A stretch of 63,697 nt of DNA, filler included, from Theionarchaea archaeon (GTDB lineage: Archaea > Methanobacteriota_B > Thermococci > Methanofastidiosales > SZ-28-30): assembly GCA_018992565.1 (NCBI GenBank). It is 3 parts of 3 records of this genome, joined end to end, with 100 filler letters (N's around TTAATTAATTAA, not from the genome) between each part and the next. Parts side by side here need not be neighbours in the genome. Positions count along the whole stretch, not along the records: positions 35,966 to 63,697 come from JACVGW010000027.1; 2 more parts are not named here. The stretch is one strand, 5' to 3'. The translations under genes and the position numbers were made by a program. Below the pieces are notes generated by a model. It made no database searches, was not told the origin of the DNA, and was given only the letters and a program-made list of their open reading frames with translations. Below are positions 51,396-61,230 of this stretch, piece by piece; within the stretch, counting starts at the first letter, position 1, and the number at the start of each line of letters is the position of its first letter.

Positions 51396-52883
51396 TCAAT
51401 GCGCAAATCGTGATGGCGGTGGCTCGGGATATGGGGGCTGTGATCTTCTCCATATGAGCAGTACTACGATAATAATTGAAGTTCCTATAACAATAGCTGC
51501 CAGAATGGTGCGATTTCTTTCAGATGTCTCTTTTTCCTCGCTCTGCTCCTTTTGATAGTCCTGGATACCTGCCAGGAGACTGTCGCACTCTTCTACTTTC
51601 TCAGGTATGTTTAACCTCTCGAACAGTGTGCGCGCGTCCTGTGCTTTCTCTGTGGCCTGAACGAACTTTTTCTGCTCCACCAGGGTCTGTGCCTCCTCCA
51701 GGAGAAGGTTGGCCTGCTTCACCATGGCCAGTGTGTCACCACACTCTGAGAGAAGCTGCAGGCATTCTGCAGTTTTCTCCTTGTTCTCAATAGCCTCATA
51801 GGTTTTCAATGCCTCTTCAAGCACTCCTGCTGCTGCCTCACAATCCGAAGATTCCAGAAGTACCTTTGCCTGCTGCAGGAGGACATCAGCTTCCATGCCA
51901 CGGTCTGCCTTGACAATGAGAACAGAAATCGCCCTGGCATCACCATACTCCTCAACCAGCATGGCCATTTCCCGTGCACCTTCCAGAAGTTTAAGTGCTT
52001 CCTGGTAGCTCCCTTCCTGGATGAGAGTCTCTGCCTGGGCTATTCTGTCTGATACTACTGTCCTCTTTGTCTTCAGGGAGAGCCATCCCACGATATTGAG
52101 AGCCAGCCGTTTGTTATCCAGGTAATCAAGGGGGCTCCTGGTCCAGGGATCACCTGCAGAAGACAATCCCCTGAACAGGCTTGTATCCCCGATTGCCACT
52201 ACCCTCCCATCACCAGACAGAGAATACGCCAGCAAAACGAGATCTTTTCCCTTATTTTCCAGGCCAGGCTCATAAGAGCCTCCTCCATACCCGTACAGCT
52301 CAGAAAGCCTATCACCATACGTCTCGTCCCCACCCCAGGCCAGGGAGCGGGCTTTCTTTGACAGGACGAGAGAACAACCAGATACCAGGAAAATCCTCCG
52401 GACATTCGTGGTCACAGAGTGCGTGGCAAAATTATCAATGATGGGGATTTCTGGATAGGCCTTGTCAAGACTGAGGTTATTTTCAGGGTCAACCACCACG
52501 TCTCTCTGGAATTCTATCCCATATCCTGAGGTGAAAGCATTGAGATCCTCCACATTCTCTGTGCTCATGACGCCACTTTCCCCCAGGATGAACAGGCCTC
52601 CTCCACCTTCAACAAAAGAACGAATAGCCTGCATTTCCTCATCCGTGAATGAAACCGTGGGGACAGCCAGTATCAAAACGTCATAAGGATCAAGATAGAG
52701 TATACTCTGAGTGAATTCAACTTGGTAATAATTGATTTCGAATTCTCTGGCCAGCTCGCCGAGGATAAGACGTATGTCCAGGGAGCTGTGTCCTGTATCA
52801 ATGAGGATTTTCCCCTGGATTTCCTCTTGCTGGACCTGTGCTGTAAATACAGCCAAAATAATGATCATGATGTACACTTTCAT
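51396..52883 (-). CDS. Surface protein: GATase-like (DUF4350/GldG-like) domain + TPR-like helices + C-terminal TM
   Basis: ILIDTGH, FV..GGGLFILG, GRVVAIGD, helical repeats, TM then WRR. Confidence 0.78.
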   Translation of the reverse strand: MKVYIMIIILAVFTAQVQQEEIQGKILIDTGHSSLDIRLILGELAREFEINYYQVEFTQSILYLDPYDVLILAVPTVSFTDEEMQAIRSFVEGGGGLFILGESGVMSTENVEDLNAFTSGYGIEFQRDVVVDPENNLSLDKAYPEIPIIDNFATHSVTTNVRRIFLVSGCSLVLSKKARSLAWGGDETYGDRLSELYGYGGGSYEPGLENKGKDLVLLAYSLSGDGRVVAIGDTSLFRGLSSAGDPWTRSPLDYLDNKRLALNIVGWLSLKTKRTVVSDRIAQAETLIQEGSYQEALKLLEGAREMAMLVEEYGDARAISVLIVKADRGMEADVLLQQAKVLLESSDCEAAAGVLEEALKTYEAIENKEKTAECLQLLSECGDTLAMVKQANLLLEEAQTLVEQKKFVQATEKAQDARTLFERLNIPEKVEECDSLLAGIQDYQKEQSEEKETSERNRTILAAIVIGTSIIIVVLLIWRRSQPPYPEPPPSRFAH

Positions 52884-53030
52884 GTAAACCCTCACCATTC
52901 CAGGCAACTGGAATTATTTAAAGCTTTCCGTGAACACAGGGGATGAGATAACTGGCGGAGAGAAAAGGAAGAGTGAGTGTTAGGGCCCTAGGGAAAAACC
53001 CTTTTAACTGTCTATCCTTTACTCTTCAGT

Positions 53031-53408
53031 ATGAAACGAGTGATGCCTCTGCCGGGAATACTAGCAGTAATGATACTGCTGGCAGGATGTGTCGGGCAGA
53101 AGAAAAGCTACAACATGGACGAGAGTTATGACATTGCACGGGAATTCGTGCTCACCAGTCCCACGTACAGGTACGATGGAGGAGGGCTGGAGAACACTGA
53201 TGCTGTAACCCTGGAGTGTGACTCCTGCTGGCAATTCACCTTTACCTTCACCTCCAGCCATGGTGGGTACGGTGATAGAACAGGACAGATGGTAGCCCAG
53301 GTTCTAACCCCGCACGTTGCCACAGTGACAGTTGAAAACGGGAAGGTGACCAGAGCTATCCTTGATGATACGTGGGATATGATGTCCCAGAAAATGCTGA
53401 ATGAATAG
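53031..53408 (+). CDS. Lipoprotein of unknown function
   Basis: Lipobox LAGC; SPTY.YDG, HGGYGDRTG..AQV.TPH. Confidence 0.8.
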   Translation: MKRVMPLPGILAVMILLAGCVGQKKSYNMDESYDIAREFVLTSPTYRYDGGGLENTDAVTLECDSCWQFTFTFTSSHGGYGDRTGQMVAQVLTPHVATVTVENGKVTRAILDDTWDMMSQKMLNE

Positions 53409-53463
53409 CGTACCTACTGATGGATCACCTACATTTTTTAAAGGGCTCATCACATACAGTTCC

Positions 53464-53859
53464 ATGCAGTGGAAGCGCATAGGAGCTATCATCGCTATCT
53501 CAACAGATGAGATGGTGTTCACCTTCTTCTTCTTTGTAGTGTTACCCCTATTCAACATCAAGCTGCCACTTTCAGTTTACGGCTGCATCATGGCGGTACT
53601 CATCGGCAAAGACCTCATTGTGGTCAGGCTGATATGGAATGTCGTGGTAAAACCACCTGAAACCGGGATGGAAGCACTGGTGGGAAAAATCGGTGTTGCT
53701 ATCACTGATATTGATGCTGATTCTTCAGGTACCGTGCAGATTGCAAACGAGCTGTGGAATGCACACTCAGTCCATCCTATCAGGAAAGGAGAGAGAGTGA
53801 GAATCCTCTCTGTGGATGGTCTTTCCCTTAACGTAGAACCAGCAGTGGGCGTTCAATAG
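53464..53859 (+). CDS. NfeD-like protein (TM + OB fold)
   Basis: TGMEALVGKIG, GTVQIANELWNA, GERVRIL.VDGL.L.V. Confidence 0.85.
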   Translation: MQWKRIGAIIAISTDEMVFTFFFFVVLPLFNIKLPLSVYGCIMAVLIGKDLIVVRLIWNVVVKPPETGMEALVGKIGVAITDIDADSSGTVQIANELWNAHSVHPIRKGERVRILSVDGLSLNVEPAVGVQ

Positions 53860-54039
53860 GACCAAGGTGCCTTCTGACAGGGTGTGACCTGCGAATTCTC
53901 TGCCTGAACATGTCCACAGGTTGTCATACTGGAGGATATTCTGAACCTGGTTCCTGAAAAGCATGGCTGCAGGCAAGAGTGTAGCAAAGGACATGAGGAT
54001 ACAAGAAAAAGATTTTAAGACCACCTTCCAGGGGAGAGC

Positions 54040-54789
54040 ATGGCCAGCTTCATTTTGGATTTGGATGGGGTCCTGAGAAGAGGATCCCATGTTATTGAAG
54101 GAGCCCCAGAACTCCTTGAGGCACTGGATGAGTATGTGGTGGTCACCAATAATTCCACAAGAACCTCTGAAATGTACGCAGAAGAGCTCCAGGCCATTGG
54201 ACTCCCCATACCTTCTGAGAAGATCCTCACCTCTGCCAGAGCAACAGCATTATTTTTGAAGGAGAACAGAGACTACCAGACAGCATGGGTGGTAGGGGAA
54301 AAGGGGCTGCTCCACGAGATCAGAAGCATTGGGTTAACCATTACTGCAGGTTGCCAGTGTGTCGTTGTAGGCTACGACAGAACCCTGACATATGAGAAGC
54401 TGGAGACTGCCTGCCTGGCCATCAGAGGGGGAGCAGAATTCATTGGAACAAATCCGGATCTGACCTATCCCTCAGAAAAGGGGATTATTCCTGGTTGTGG
54501 ATCAATCCTGGCTTTTCTTCAGGCCTGCACTGACAGAACCCCCCTGGTGATTGGAAAACCCAACACACTCATCATGGAACTGGCATTAGAGATGTTGAAG
54601 GACAAGGATGTCTACGTTTTGGGAGACAGGCTGGACACCGACATACAGGCAGGTATCAATGTGAACCTGAAGACAATTCTGGTGATGACAGGGGTGGAGA
54701 CTGAAGACAGTGTCAATTCCTCAACAATCAAGCCTGATTTTACATTTGAAACTCTTGACGATGTAAGAGCCTTTATTCGTCAGTCTTAG
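54040..54789 (+). CDS. HAD-IIA hydrolase (NagD-like)
   Basis: DLDGV, TNNS, TNPD, GKP, GDRLDTDI, TGV. Confidence 0.93.
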   Translation: MASFILDLDGVLRRGSHVIEGAPELLEALDEYVVVTNNSTRTSEMYAEELQAIGLPIPSEKILTSARATALFLKENRDYQTAWVVGEKGLLHEIRSIGLTITAGCQCVVVGYDRTLTYEKLETACLAIRGGAEFIGTNPDLTYPSEKGIIPGCGSILAFLQACTDRTPLVIGKPNTLIMELALEMLKDKDVYVLGDRLDTDIQAGINVNLKTILVMTGVETEDSVNSSTIKPDFTFETLDDVRAFIRQS

Positions 54790-54909
54790 CATTTCCTTTG
54801 TGTGTTAGAATGGATTTTTCCCTTTCATAGTCAGTGAAGTCCTCCTGTTGTTATGTCCATTGCCACATACTGCAAAGCTGTAGCAGGTTACATCTCCATG
54901 ACTCCGTCA

Positions 54910-55728
54910 TCATTCTAGCAGCATTCCTATCCATTCGGGATACTGCAAGACATAGCCAATGAAGAGACCAAGAATCCCCAGAGAAGCATAAGGACCAGCA
55001 TGCACTTCATCGCGCCTCGTTGTGTGCCCCACTGCTAGCAATAAGCCTCCCAGCCCCAAAAGGGAAGCTAGAACACCTCCCATATAGAGAGAATGAGTGA
55101 AAGCAGATACTGCCAGCATGCAGGGAAACACAATATCAGCAGAACCCACAAAGAGACCCTCTTCTCCGGTGGGCACTCTGAACATCAGAGGAGCACCTTT
55201 TTGAATTATATCCTCTGCTAATGGCCCCATGTGGTGGGTAACATGTTCTGAGAGGATGTCCAGTAGTATGAGGAACCCAAAAAGTGCAACAGCGTACGGA
55301 ATTTCAAAGTACGATCCCAGGACAGCAGCAGAACAGACAGCAAATATGCCAGTGCTAACAGGACGAACCCAGCTGAACACACGTTGCAGGATTACTGTCA
55401 GACTGGAGAGTGTTACAATCGTGTACCATGATTGGCCCAGAAAGAACAAGATAAGAGCCACTGCTACCCACAAGAGCCCGTACTTCAAAAAAGCATAGAA
55501 GATGCGACTTAACTTATATCGTATCAAGAGCAGCAACACCAGCGTGACTACTACTATAAGGCTCCCTGAAATGAAAAGCATACTATTCTGCCCCATCTGG
55601 TAGAAAGCCTTGTCCACTGTGCCAAGAACATCGAATCTCATCCCCAGCACTATGGCGGTCACCTGCACTAGCCCGTAAAGCACGATGAGAAGCACCTTCC
55701 CATCCATATACTGCATCTTTCCCTTCAT
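54910..55728 (-). CDS. Presenilin/SPP-like (A22) intramembrane aspartyl protease homologue, divergent motifs
   Basis: ~9 TMs; LLD..S...T.HM..LA, VGSADIVFP, HAGP. Confidence 0.7.
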   Translation of the reverse strand: MKGKMQYMDGKVLLIVLYGLVQVTAIVLGMRFDVLGTVDKAFYQMGQNSMLFISGSLIVVVTLVLLLLIRYKLSRIFYAFLKYGLLWVAVALILFFLGQSWYTIVTLSSLTVILQRVFSWVRPVSTGIFAVCSAAVLGSYFEIPYAVALFGFLILLDILSEHVTHHMGPLAEDIIQKGAPLMFRVPTGEEGLFVGSADIVFPCMLAVSAFTHSLYMGGVLASLLGLGGLLLAVGHTTRRDEVHAGPYASLGILGLFIGYVLQYPEWIGMLLE

Positions 55729-55732
55729 GGTA

Positions 55733-56494
55733 TCATTGCTCCCCTTTCAGAGAAAGTGCCAGCTTCGCCCAGGTGTCGTCTCGTTTCTCTCTGTCATCAA
55801 TGCGCGAGGCAATCAAGTTTGCAAGGAATGACTGATTTGTAGATACCAGCTTTCCATGAAGGTCGGTGAGACTCTTGCTGATGTCAGAAAACATACCCAG
55901 ATATACGTGGGCCACATAATTGGTCAGTATACTGCCGATAGAACCCAGGACTCCCACAAGTGCTTTTTCTACCCATGTTGAGGATTCCGGCCAGTACACC
56001 AGAAGGTACAGGGCTGCACCAAGTATCCCCACTCCAAGGAAAACACACAGCACCCCAACAGCAAATATCCAGTAATTCTGGCTCAGGTTTAAATCATAGT
56101 ACCTTTTCAGTTGAATTTGGTTCATTCTCAGCAGTTTTTCTGCCCTGTTTTCTTCAGGTGTGGGTATCAGATCGAGAAGGTCTATCTGAAACGTGAGGTC
56201 CTGTATTTCCTCCTGTATGGATTTCAATTTTGTCTTTCCCACGGACGCTGCTGAAACAAGTGCCACTGCACCAAACGTGAGCAATATGACGTAATTCACT
56301 GGAGAAATCGGTGGCAGCATGTTAAAGAAGACATCAATGACAAAGCAGGCGAATCCCAGTGATATGGAAATAAGCCCAACTACGAGAACCAGGCAGTAAA
56401 TACGCTGAACAGCCTTCAATCGATCCAATCGCCCCTTTTTCTTATCGGTAAGGACTTTTCCTGAATCTTCATTCTCATTTTTTTCAGTAACCAT
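55733..56494 (-). CDS. 4-TM membrane protein with YY..L.Q (TRADD-N-associated TM-like) module
   Basis: 2 TM, coiled linker, RYYDLNLSQNYWIF, 2 TM, A..I.D.EKRD. Confidence 0.6.
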   Translation of the reverse strand: MVTEKNENEDSGKVLTDKKKGRLDRLKAVQRIYCLVLVVGLISISLGFACFVIDVFFNMLPPISPVNYVILLTFGAVALVSAASVGKTKLKSIQEEIQDLTFQIDLLDLIPTPEENRAEKLLRMNQIQLKRYYDLNLSQNYWIFAVGVLCVFLGVGILGAALYLLVYWPESSTWVEKALVGVLGSIGSILTNYVAHVYLGMFSDISKSLTDLHGKLVSTNQSFLANLIASRIDDREKRDDTWAKLALSLKGEQ

Positions 56495-56700
56495 GCCATC
56501 CCTCCTTTATGAAGGTGATCCACGTGTGTCACGTGTCTGAACACCTGACTGATATGGACCACATCCACATTTCTTCTGTCATTTATATGTCTTAGGTCTA
56601 TACCAATTAATACAAACCGAAGAGTAATCTCTTTTCCCAAATTCATCCTTCTATCACTGAGTGAGAACCCTGTAAGTCTTGATTATCGTGGCATTTCGAA

Positions 56701-56767
56701 TTATCCACCGAGGTTTGAACAACCCAGAGGCGAGACACTTTCAAAATTCGAACCCTTGGCGGGATAA
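56701..56767. repeat. Dispersed repeat locus 4 (two degenerate inverted arms)
   Basis: TTATCCACCGAGGTTTGAA ... TTCGAACCCTTGGCGGGATAA. Confidence 0.7.
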
Positions 56768-56793
56768 CTTATTCAATCTCAAGTCAGCCGCAA

Positions 56794-57492
56794 CTAGACC
56801 AGAAGGACAGCCAGAATCCCTGTGAGAAAAATCCCATCAAATGTGCCAGCACCACCAATTGAGGCAGTAGGTGCACCCAATCTCTTTATCTTGTCCAGGT
56901 TCAGAAGATCGGCACCGATCAGGACTCCCAGAACACCTGACGTATAGGCAATAACAGTCCGCACTGCCCCTGGAAACACAAGTGACAGTCCAACAGCTAC
57001 CAGAGCAGAAGTCAGTGGAGCCACAAAGAGCGGCATACCAATCCCCATGCCAGGTATGGGCTGGGCAAACCTGTGACAGACTGCAACACAGATGACTGTT
57101 CCTACTGCAACAAAAGGAATGGCACTTGGAACCCGGAGCAGCAAATACAGGGATACTAACACCGGTACGATAGCTCCTCCCACATTTACTGCGATAGTCG
57201 TCGTAAGAGTCCTGTGTTCCACAACGGGGCGGGGAAAGAACCAGCCGAATTTCCCGGAAGGCTCATACCGCAGGACGTCACCTTCAGTCTCCACTTCCGT
57301 TACGGGAATGTTGATGAAACTGCCAAATAAGGAACCATACAACAAGAAGAAAGCCAGAGATGATGGTAACCCCAGTTTGGCAAAACTGACACCAATCAGG
57401 TTAATAACCACCATGATCACCAGCAGAGGTATCAGTATGAACAGGAAGAATAGCAGGGGATTGCCTGTGGGCGACTGTACGATTCTATCCAT
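56794..57492 (-). CDS. DUF1614 family membrane protein
   Basis: GSFINIPV, IAVNVGGAIVP, GVLIGADLLNL, SIGGAGTFDGIFLTG. Confidence 0.9.
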   Translation of the reverse strand: MDRIVQSPTGNPLLFFLFILIPLLVIMVVINLIGVSFAKLGLPSSLAFFLLYGSLFGSFINIPVTEVETEGDVLRYEPSGKFGWFFPRPVVEHRTLTTTIAVNVGGAIVPVLVSLYLLLRVPSAIPFVAVGTVICVAVCHRFAQPIPGMGIGMPLFVAPLTSALVAVGLSLVFPGAVRTVIAYTSGVLGVLIGADLLNLDKIKRLGAPTASIGGAGTFDGIFLTGILAVLLV

Positions 57493-57630
57493 ACCCAAAA
57501 GAAATTTCCTCCCTTATAAGGGTTATGGGAATCTAATCCTGATTTGGTGGAGCCTCCACCCGGAGAGTGGAGGAAAGAACCCCTGGGAGAGAGCCGATAC
57601 TCTTTTATCCTCATGTATCCAGTACGCAGC

Positions 57631-58659
57631 ATGAAAATCGTTGACTTGAGAAGTGATACTATCACGCTGCCCACCAGAGAAATGATGGAAGCTGTTCAGG
57701 AGGCAGAACTGGGAGACGATGTGTTCGGAGAAGATCCCACCATGAACAAGCTTGAGAAAATGGCAGCCTCTCGAATGGGAAAAGAAAAGGCACTCTTCGT
57801 GACCAGTGGAACCCAGGGGAATGTCGTTTCTATGCTCACCCACACTCATCATGGAGATGAGGTAATCATGGAGGCCCAATCCCATGTCTTCCTCTACGAA
57901 GTGGGAGCCATGGCTGCTCTGGGAGGGTTGATGGCCCATCCTGTGCCCGGGCATAATGGGGTCTTGAGACCGGAAGATGTTGAAACCGCCATCAGAGGGG
58001 AGAATATCCACTTCCCAAAGACTCAGTTGCTCTGCGTGGAGAATACGCATAATAATGCAGGAGGGATTGCAGTCACACCTCAGGAGATGAAAGCATTGGC
58101 AGCTGTGGTGAAACCAAGGGGTATCAGAATGCATTTAGATGGGGCAAGAGTGTTTAATGCAGCTATTGCCCTGAATACTGATGTCAAGAACCTGACGAAA
58201 GAGGCTGATTCTGTAATGTTCTGCCTTTCAAAGGGGCTGTCAGCACCTGTGGGTTCCATGGTATGTGGAAGTGAAGCGTATATTGAAAGAGCGCGGAAAG
58301 TACGTAAAATGCTGGGAGGTGGCATGAGACAGGCAGGAATTCTGGCAGCATGTGGTATTGTAGCACTGGAAAAGATGGTTGATCGGTTGAGAGAGGACCA
58401 TGCCAATGCACGAGCCCTGGCAGAGGGACTGGCAGAAATGAAAGGGATTTCTATTGATATGGAGAAGGTTCAGACCAATATTCTTGTTTTTGATGTGTCA
58501 GGACTGGGTGGCTCTCAGAAGGTTGTCAGTGAGCTGGAGAAGAAAGGTGTCAGGTGCCTGCCCCGCGATGAGACTCATATCAGGATGGTAACGAACCGTA
58601 TGGTCAGTGCAGAGGACATTGATAGAGCACTGGAAAAGATCCGGGAGGTTCTACTGTGA
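57631..58659 (+). CDS. ltaE: Low-specificity L-threonine aldolase
   Basis: DLRSDT.T.PT, GDDVFGEDPT, HLDGARVFNA, CLSKGLSAPVGS, GGGMRQAG. Confidence 0.93.
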   Translation: MKIVDLRSDTITLPTREMMEAVQEAELGDDVFGEDPTMNKLEKMAASRMGKEKALFVTSGTQGNVVSMLTHTHHGDEVIMEAQSHVFLYEVGAMAALGGLMAHPVPGHNGVLRPEDVETAIRGENIHFPKTQLLCVENTHNNAGGIAVTPQEMKALAAVVKPRGIRMHLDGARVFNAAIALNTDVKNLTKEADSVMFCLSKGLSAPVGSMVCGSEAYIERARKVRKMLGGGMRQAGILAACGIVALEKMVDRLREDHANARALAEGLAEMKGISIDMEKVQTNILVFDVSGLGGSQKVVSELEKKGVRCLPRDETHIRMVTNRMVSAEDIDRALEKIREVLL

Positions 58660-59042
58660 AGGTTATTCAGACTGGAGAAGCCCCTGCCCCAGTGGGGCCT
58701 TACTCTCAAGCTGTGGAATCGCAGGGTATTATCTTCGTGTCTGGACAGGTAGGAATTGATCCGAAAACAGGAAAGAACGTTGAAGGCGGAATAGAAAAAG
58801 AAACAGAACAGGCGTTGAAAAACATACAGGTCATCTTAAAGAAAGCAGGACTCACACTGGAGAACGTAGCAAAGGTAACAGTGTATTTGAAAGATATTAC
58901 TGATTTCCAGTCCATGAATGGAGTCTACAGCCAGGTGTTTTCTCAGCATAAGCCGGCCAGGGCCTGTGTAGAAGCCAACATGGTAAAGGATTTCCGTGTA
59001 GAAATTGACTGTATTGCAACAAGAGACGAGAGTGCAGACTGA
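58656..59042 (+). CDS. ridA: RidA family enamine/imine deaminase
   Basis: APAPVGPYSQA, SGQ, PAR, VEIDCIA; GTGA overlap with ltaE. Confidence 0.92.
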   Translation: MKVIQTGEAPAPVGPYSQAVESQGIIFVSGQVGIDPKTGKNVEGGIEKETEQALKNIQVILKKAGLTLENVAKVTVYLKDITDFQSMNGVYSQVFSQHKPARACVEANMVKDFRVEIDCIATRDESAD

Positions 59043-59079
59043 GTGATATACCGGCAGGAGAACACCCTGAAGAATCTGA

Positions 59080-59802
59080 CTACAGGATATCCAGTGGCGA
59101 GATATCTTCATTCTCGCTCTCAAGCACGTGTCTCATCCTATCATATTCCTCAATGTTGATTTCACCCTTGGCCAGCCTGTCTCTCAGCATATCAAGATCC
59201 CCCGCCCCCGGTTCTGGCTCTCTTTCAGATCTCTCAGGTTCCCGTGGAGCCCTCTCAGGTGGAACTGGCTCTCTTGAAGGTGACTTCTTCACCCCTCTCA
59301 AGAACCCAAAAGACAGACCCAGTGCCAGTCCTGCACCAAGTGAACTCACAGCTACTGGCCATACCTTTGATGCAATGTGTATCTCATATTCATCAGACAA
59401 ATCTCCCCAGCCCGGCTGGGCCATGAAGGAAGGCTGGGAGAGGATATCCTGGATATATCGTAAGGAAAAAAAACTGCACAACACCAGCACCACCACTGCA
59501 ACCACCAGTACAAGCACTTTTACCAGGGTTGAAGTCCCACTCTTGTGAAAAAGACTCATCCCTGTCAGGAGACTGGTCAAAACGAGCATGCCAGCTGCCA
59601 GCAATCCCACTGAGACAAAAAGCAGCCGTGGATACACATATGATTCTACTTCAAGTGCAAATTCACTGTTCAGCCTCAAGAAATGCCAGATCACAGCATA
59701 CTTTATAATAGCAATTTCCTGGACCGCTTTTACGCCACATATGCCTGCCACCACCAGCGATACGGTCATGAAGATTTTTCTTGTTCCCATACCACTTTTC
59801 AT
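59080..59802 (-). CDS. Membrane protein with C-terminal SHOCT domain
   Basis: 4 TMs, Pro/Glu linker, LRDRLAKGEINIEEYDRM. Confidence 0.82.
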   Translation of the reverse strand: MKSGMGTRKIFMTVSLVVAGICGVKAVQEIAIIKYAVIWHFLRLNSEFALEVESYVYPRLLFVSVGLLAAGMLVLTSLLTGMSLFHKSGTSTLVKVLVLVVAVVVLVLCSFFSLRYIQDILSQPSFMAQPGWGDLSDEYEIHIASKVWPVAVSSLGAGLALGLSFGFLRGVKKSPSREPVPPERAPREPERSEREPEPGAGDLDMLRDRLAKGEINIEEYDRMRHVLESENEDISPLDIL

Positions 59803-60057
59803 ATCCCTACCGCAATAGGAAACCATATAAATGTTTCTGAAGACAAAGCCGGAAATCAAGGCGTGCTCTCTGTGTTGAAGGTTGTTCACATACCTGAAGT
59901 GATCCTCTACCACCCAGTACCATGACCACTATGAACTACCCCCCGGATGAGACCTCTGACCCAAAGTATTCCCAGGTCCTGATTCTTCGCTCCATCAAAA
60001 ATCATCAACCTCTGGTGGGACAAAACCTATTTAAGCTGTAGTCACCCATACATTCTC

Positions 60058-61230
60058 ATGTTTGAGATGGAAAATCCCCCTGATTACTCACGATTCCACC
60101 TGAAGGGAAATCCCTTCACCATACTCTCCAGTGAGGGCATCAAGAACATAGAAGAAATCCATGTTTCCCAGAGTGTGGATTCCCGGATTGCAGAAGCCAT
60201 CGCCAACGTGGAAAAGGGGGCCTCCATTGCCATCGTACTTGTGGGGGATTTAGGGACAGGAAAAACACAGCGCCTCAGAGGTATCAACCATCTCATCAGT
60301 GATCAGGGAGGAATGGCAATCTACCTGAAGGTGGACAGTTCAGACATTATTCGCACAACAGTGGACATTTTCAACTACTTCTTACCTGAAGGGGAGTCTG
60401 GGTTCTTCAGCAAGCTGCGCAAGGGCTCCAAAGACCTGTACGTTCTGAATAGAGAGAACTACGATTCATCTGAACTGGGCGAATCTCTGAAGGAAAACAT
60501 GGGTCTCTACAGCCTGTCTGCCCTGCTTCTGGATGAAATGGAAAATATCATGATTGCTTCAGAAAAAGAATTGATCCTGTTTTTTGAAATGCTGCGTCAG
60601 TTCATCTCTTCCATGCCTCCAGGATGCCTGTTTATTGTCGCCTGCACTGCTGAAGGATTCAGCCGGATGCAGGAGTTGTTCCCCGCCTTTGTGGCACGGT
60701 TCCATTACCAGTTGCGTTCTGAAGGATTATCAGAAGAAGAAGCAGTAGAACTGGCCAGGAAACGGCTCGAAAAGGAACGGGAACCTGGAAGAGAAGCCCT
60801 CAATCCAGTGTATCCCTTTGATGAAAGTGCCATTATCCTGGCGCATGACATGGCCAAGGGAAACCCCCGGATCATCTTGAGGATCCTTCAGATTGTACTG
60901 AGCTCTGCCGCCTGTGATGAACTGGTTGACTTAATTGACGACCGGTATGTAGGTTCTGTCATCAGGACGCCCTCCTCAGTGGATGAATACATCTCCAGGG
61001 TGCCCAAAGACTTGAGGGATGTCATGAGCCTGATAACCAAGCACTATGATGGCGGCCCTGTCTCCTACATACAGCTGGCCAAGGACACCAAATCACCTCC
61101 TACCCAGGTCTACCTGAAACTTGAAGAACTCGTGTCCATGGGGCTTCTGGAAGAGCGAAAAGGGAAGTATGAGGTAGTAGAAAGAGTCAGAATACTCCTC
61201 CAGGAAGAATCCCCGGAAAAGAAAGGTTAG
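60058..61230 (+). CDS. P-loop (AAA+-like) ATPase with C-terminal winged helix
   Basis: FHLKGNPF, GDLGTGKT, LLLDEME, GNPR, LA..TK..PTQVYLKLEELVSMGLL. Confidence 0.82.
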   Translation: MFEMENPPDYSRFHLKGNPFTILSSEGIKNIEEIHVSQSVDSRIAEAIANVEKGASIAIVLVGDLGTGKTQRLRGINHLISDQGGMAIYLKVDSSDIIRTTVDIFNYFLPEGESGFFSKLRKGSKDLYVLNRENYDSSELGESLKENMGLYSLSALLLDEMENIMIASEKELILFFEMLRQFISSMPPGCLFIVACTAEGFSRMQELFPAFVARFHYQLRSEGLSEEEAVELARKRLEKEREPGREALNPVYPFDESAIILAHDMAKGNPRIILRILQIVLSSAACDELVDLIDDRYVGSVIRTPSSVDEYISRVPKDLRDVMSLITKHYDGGPVSYIQLAKDTKSPPTQVYLKLEELVSMGLLEERKGKYEVVERVRILLQEESPEKKG

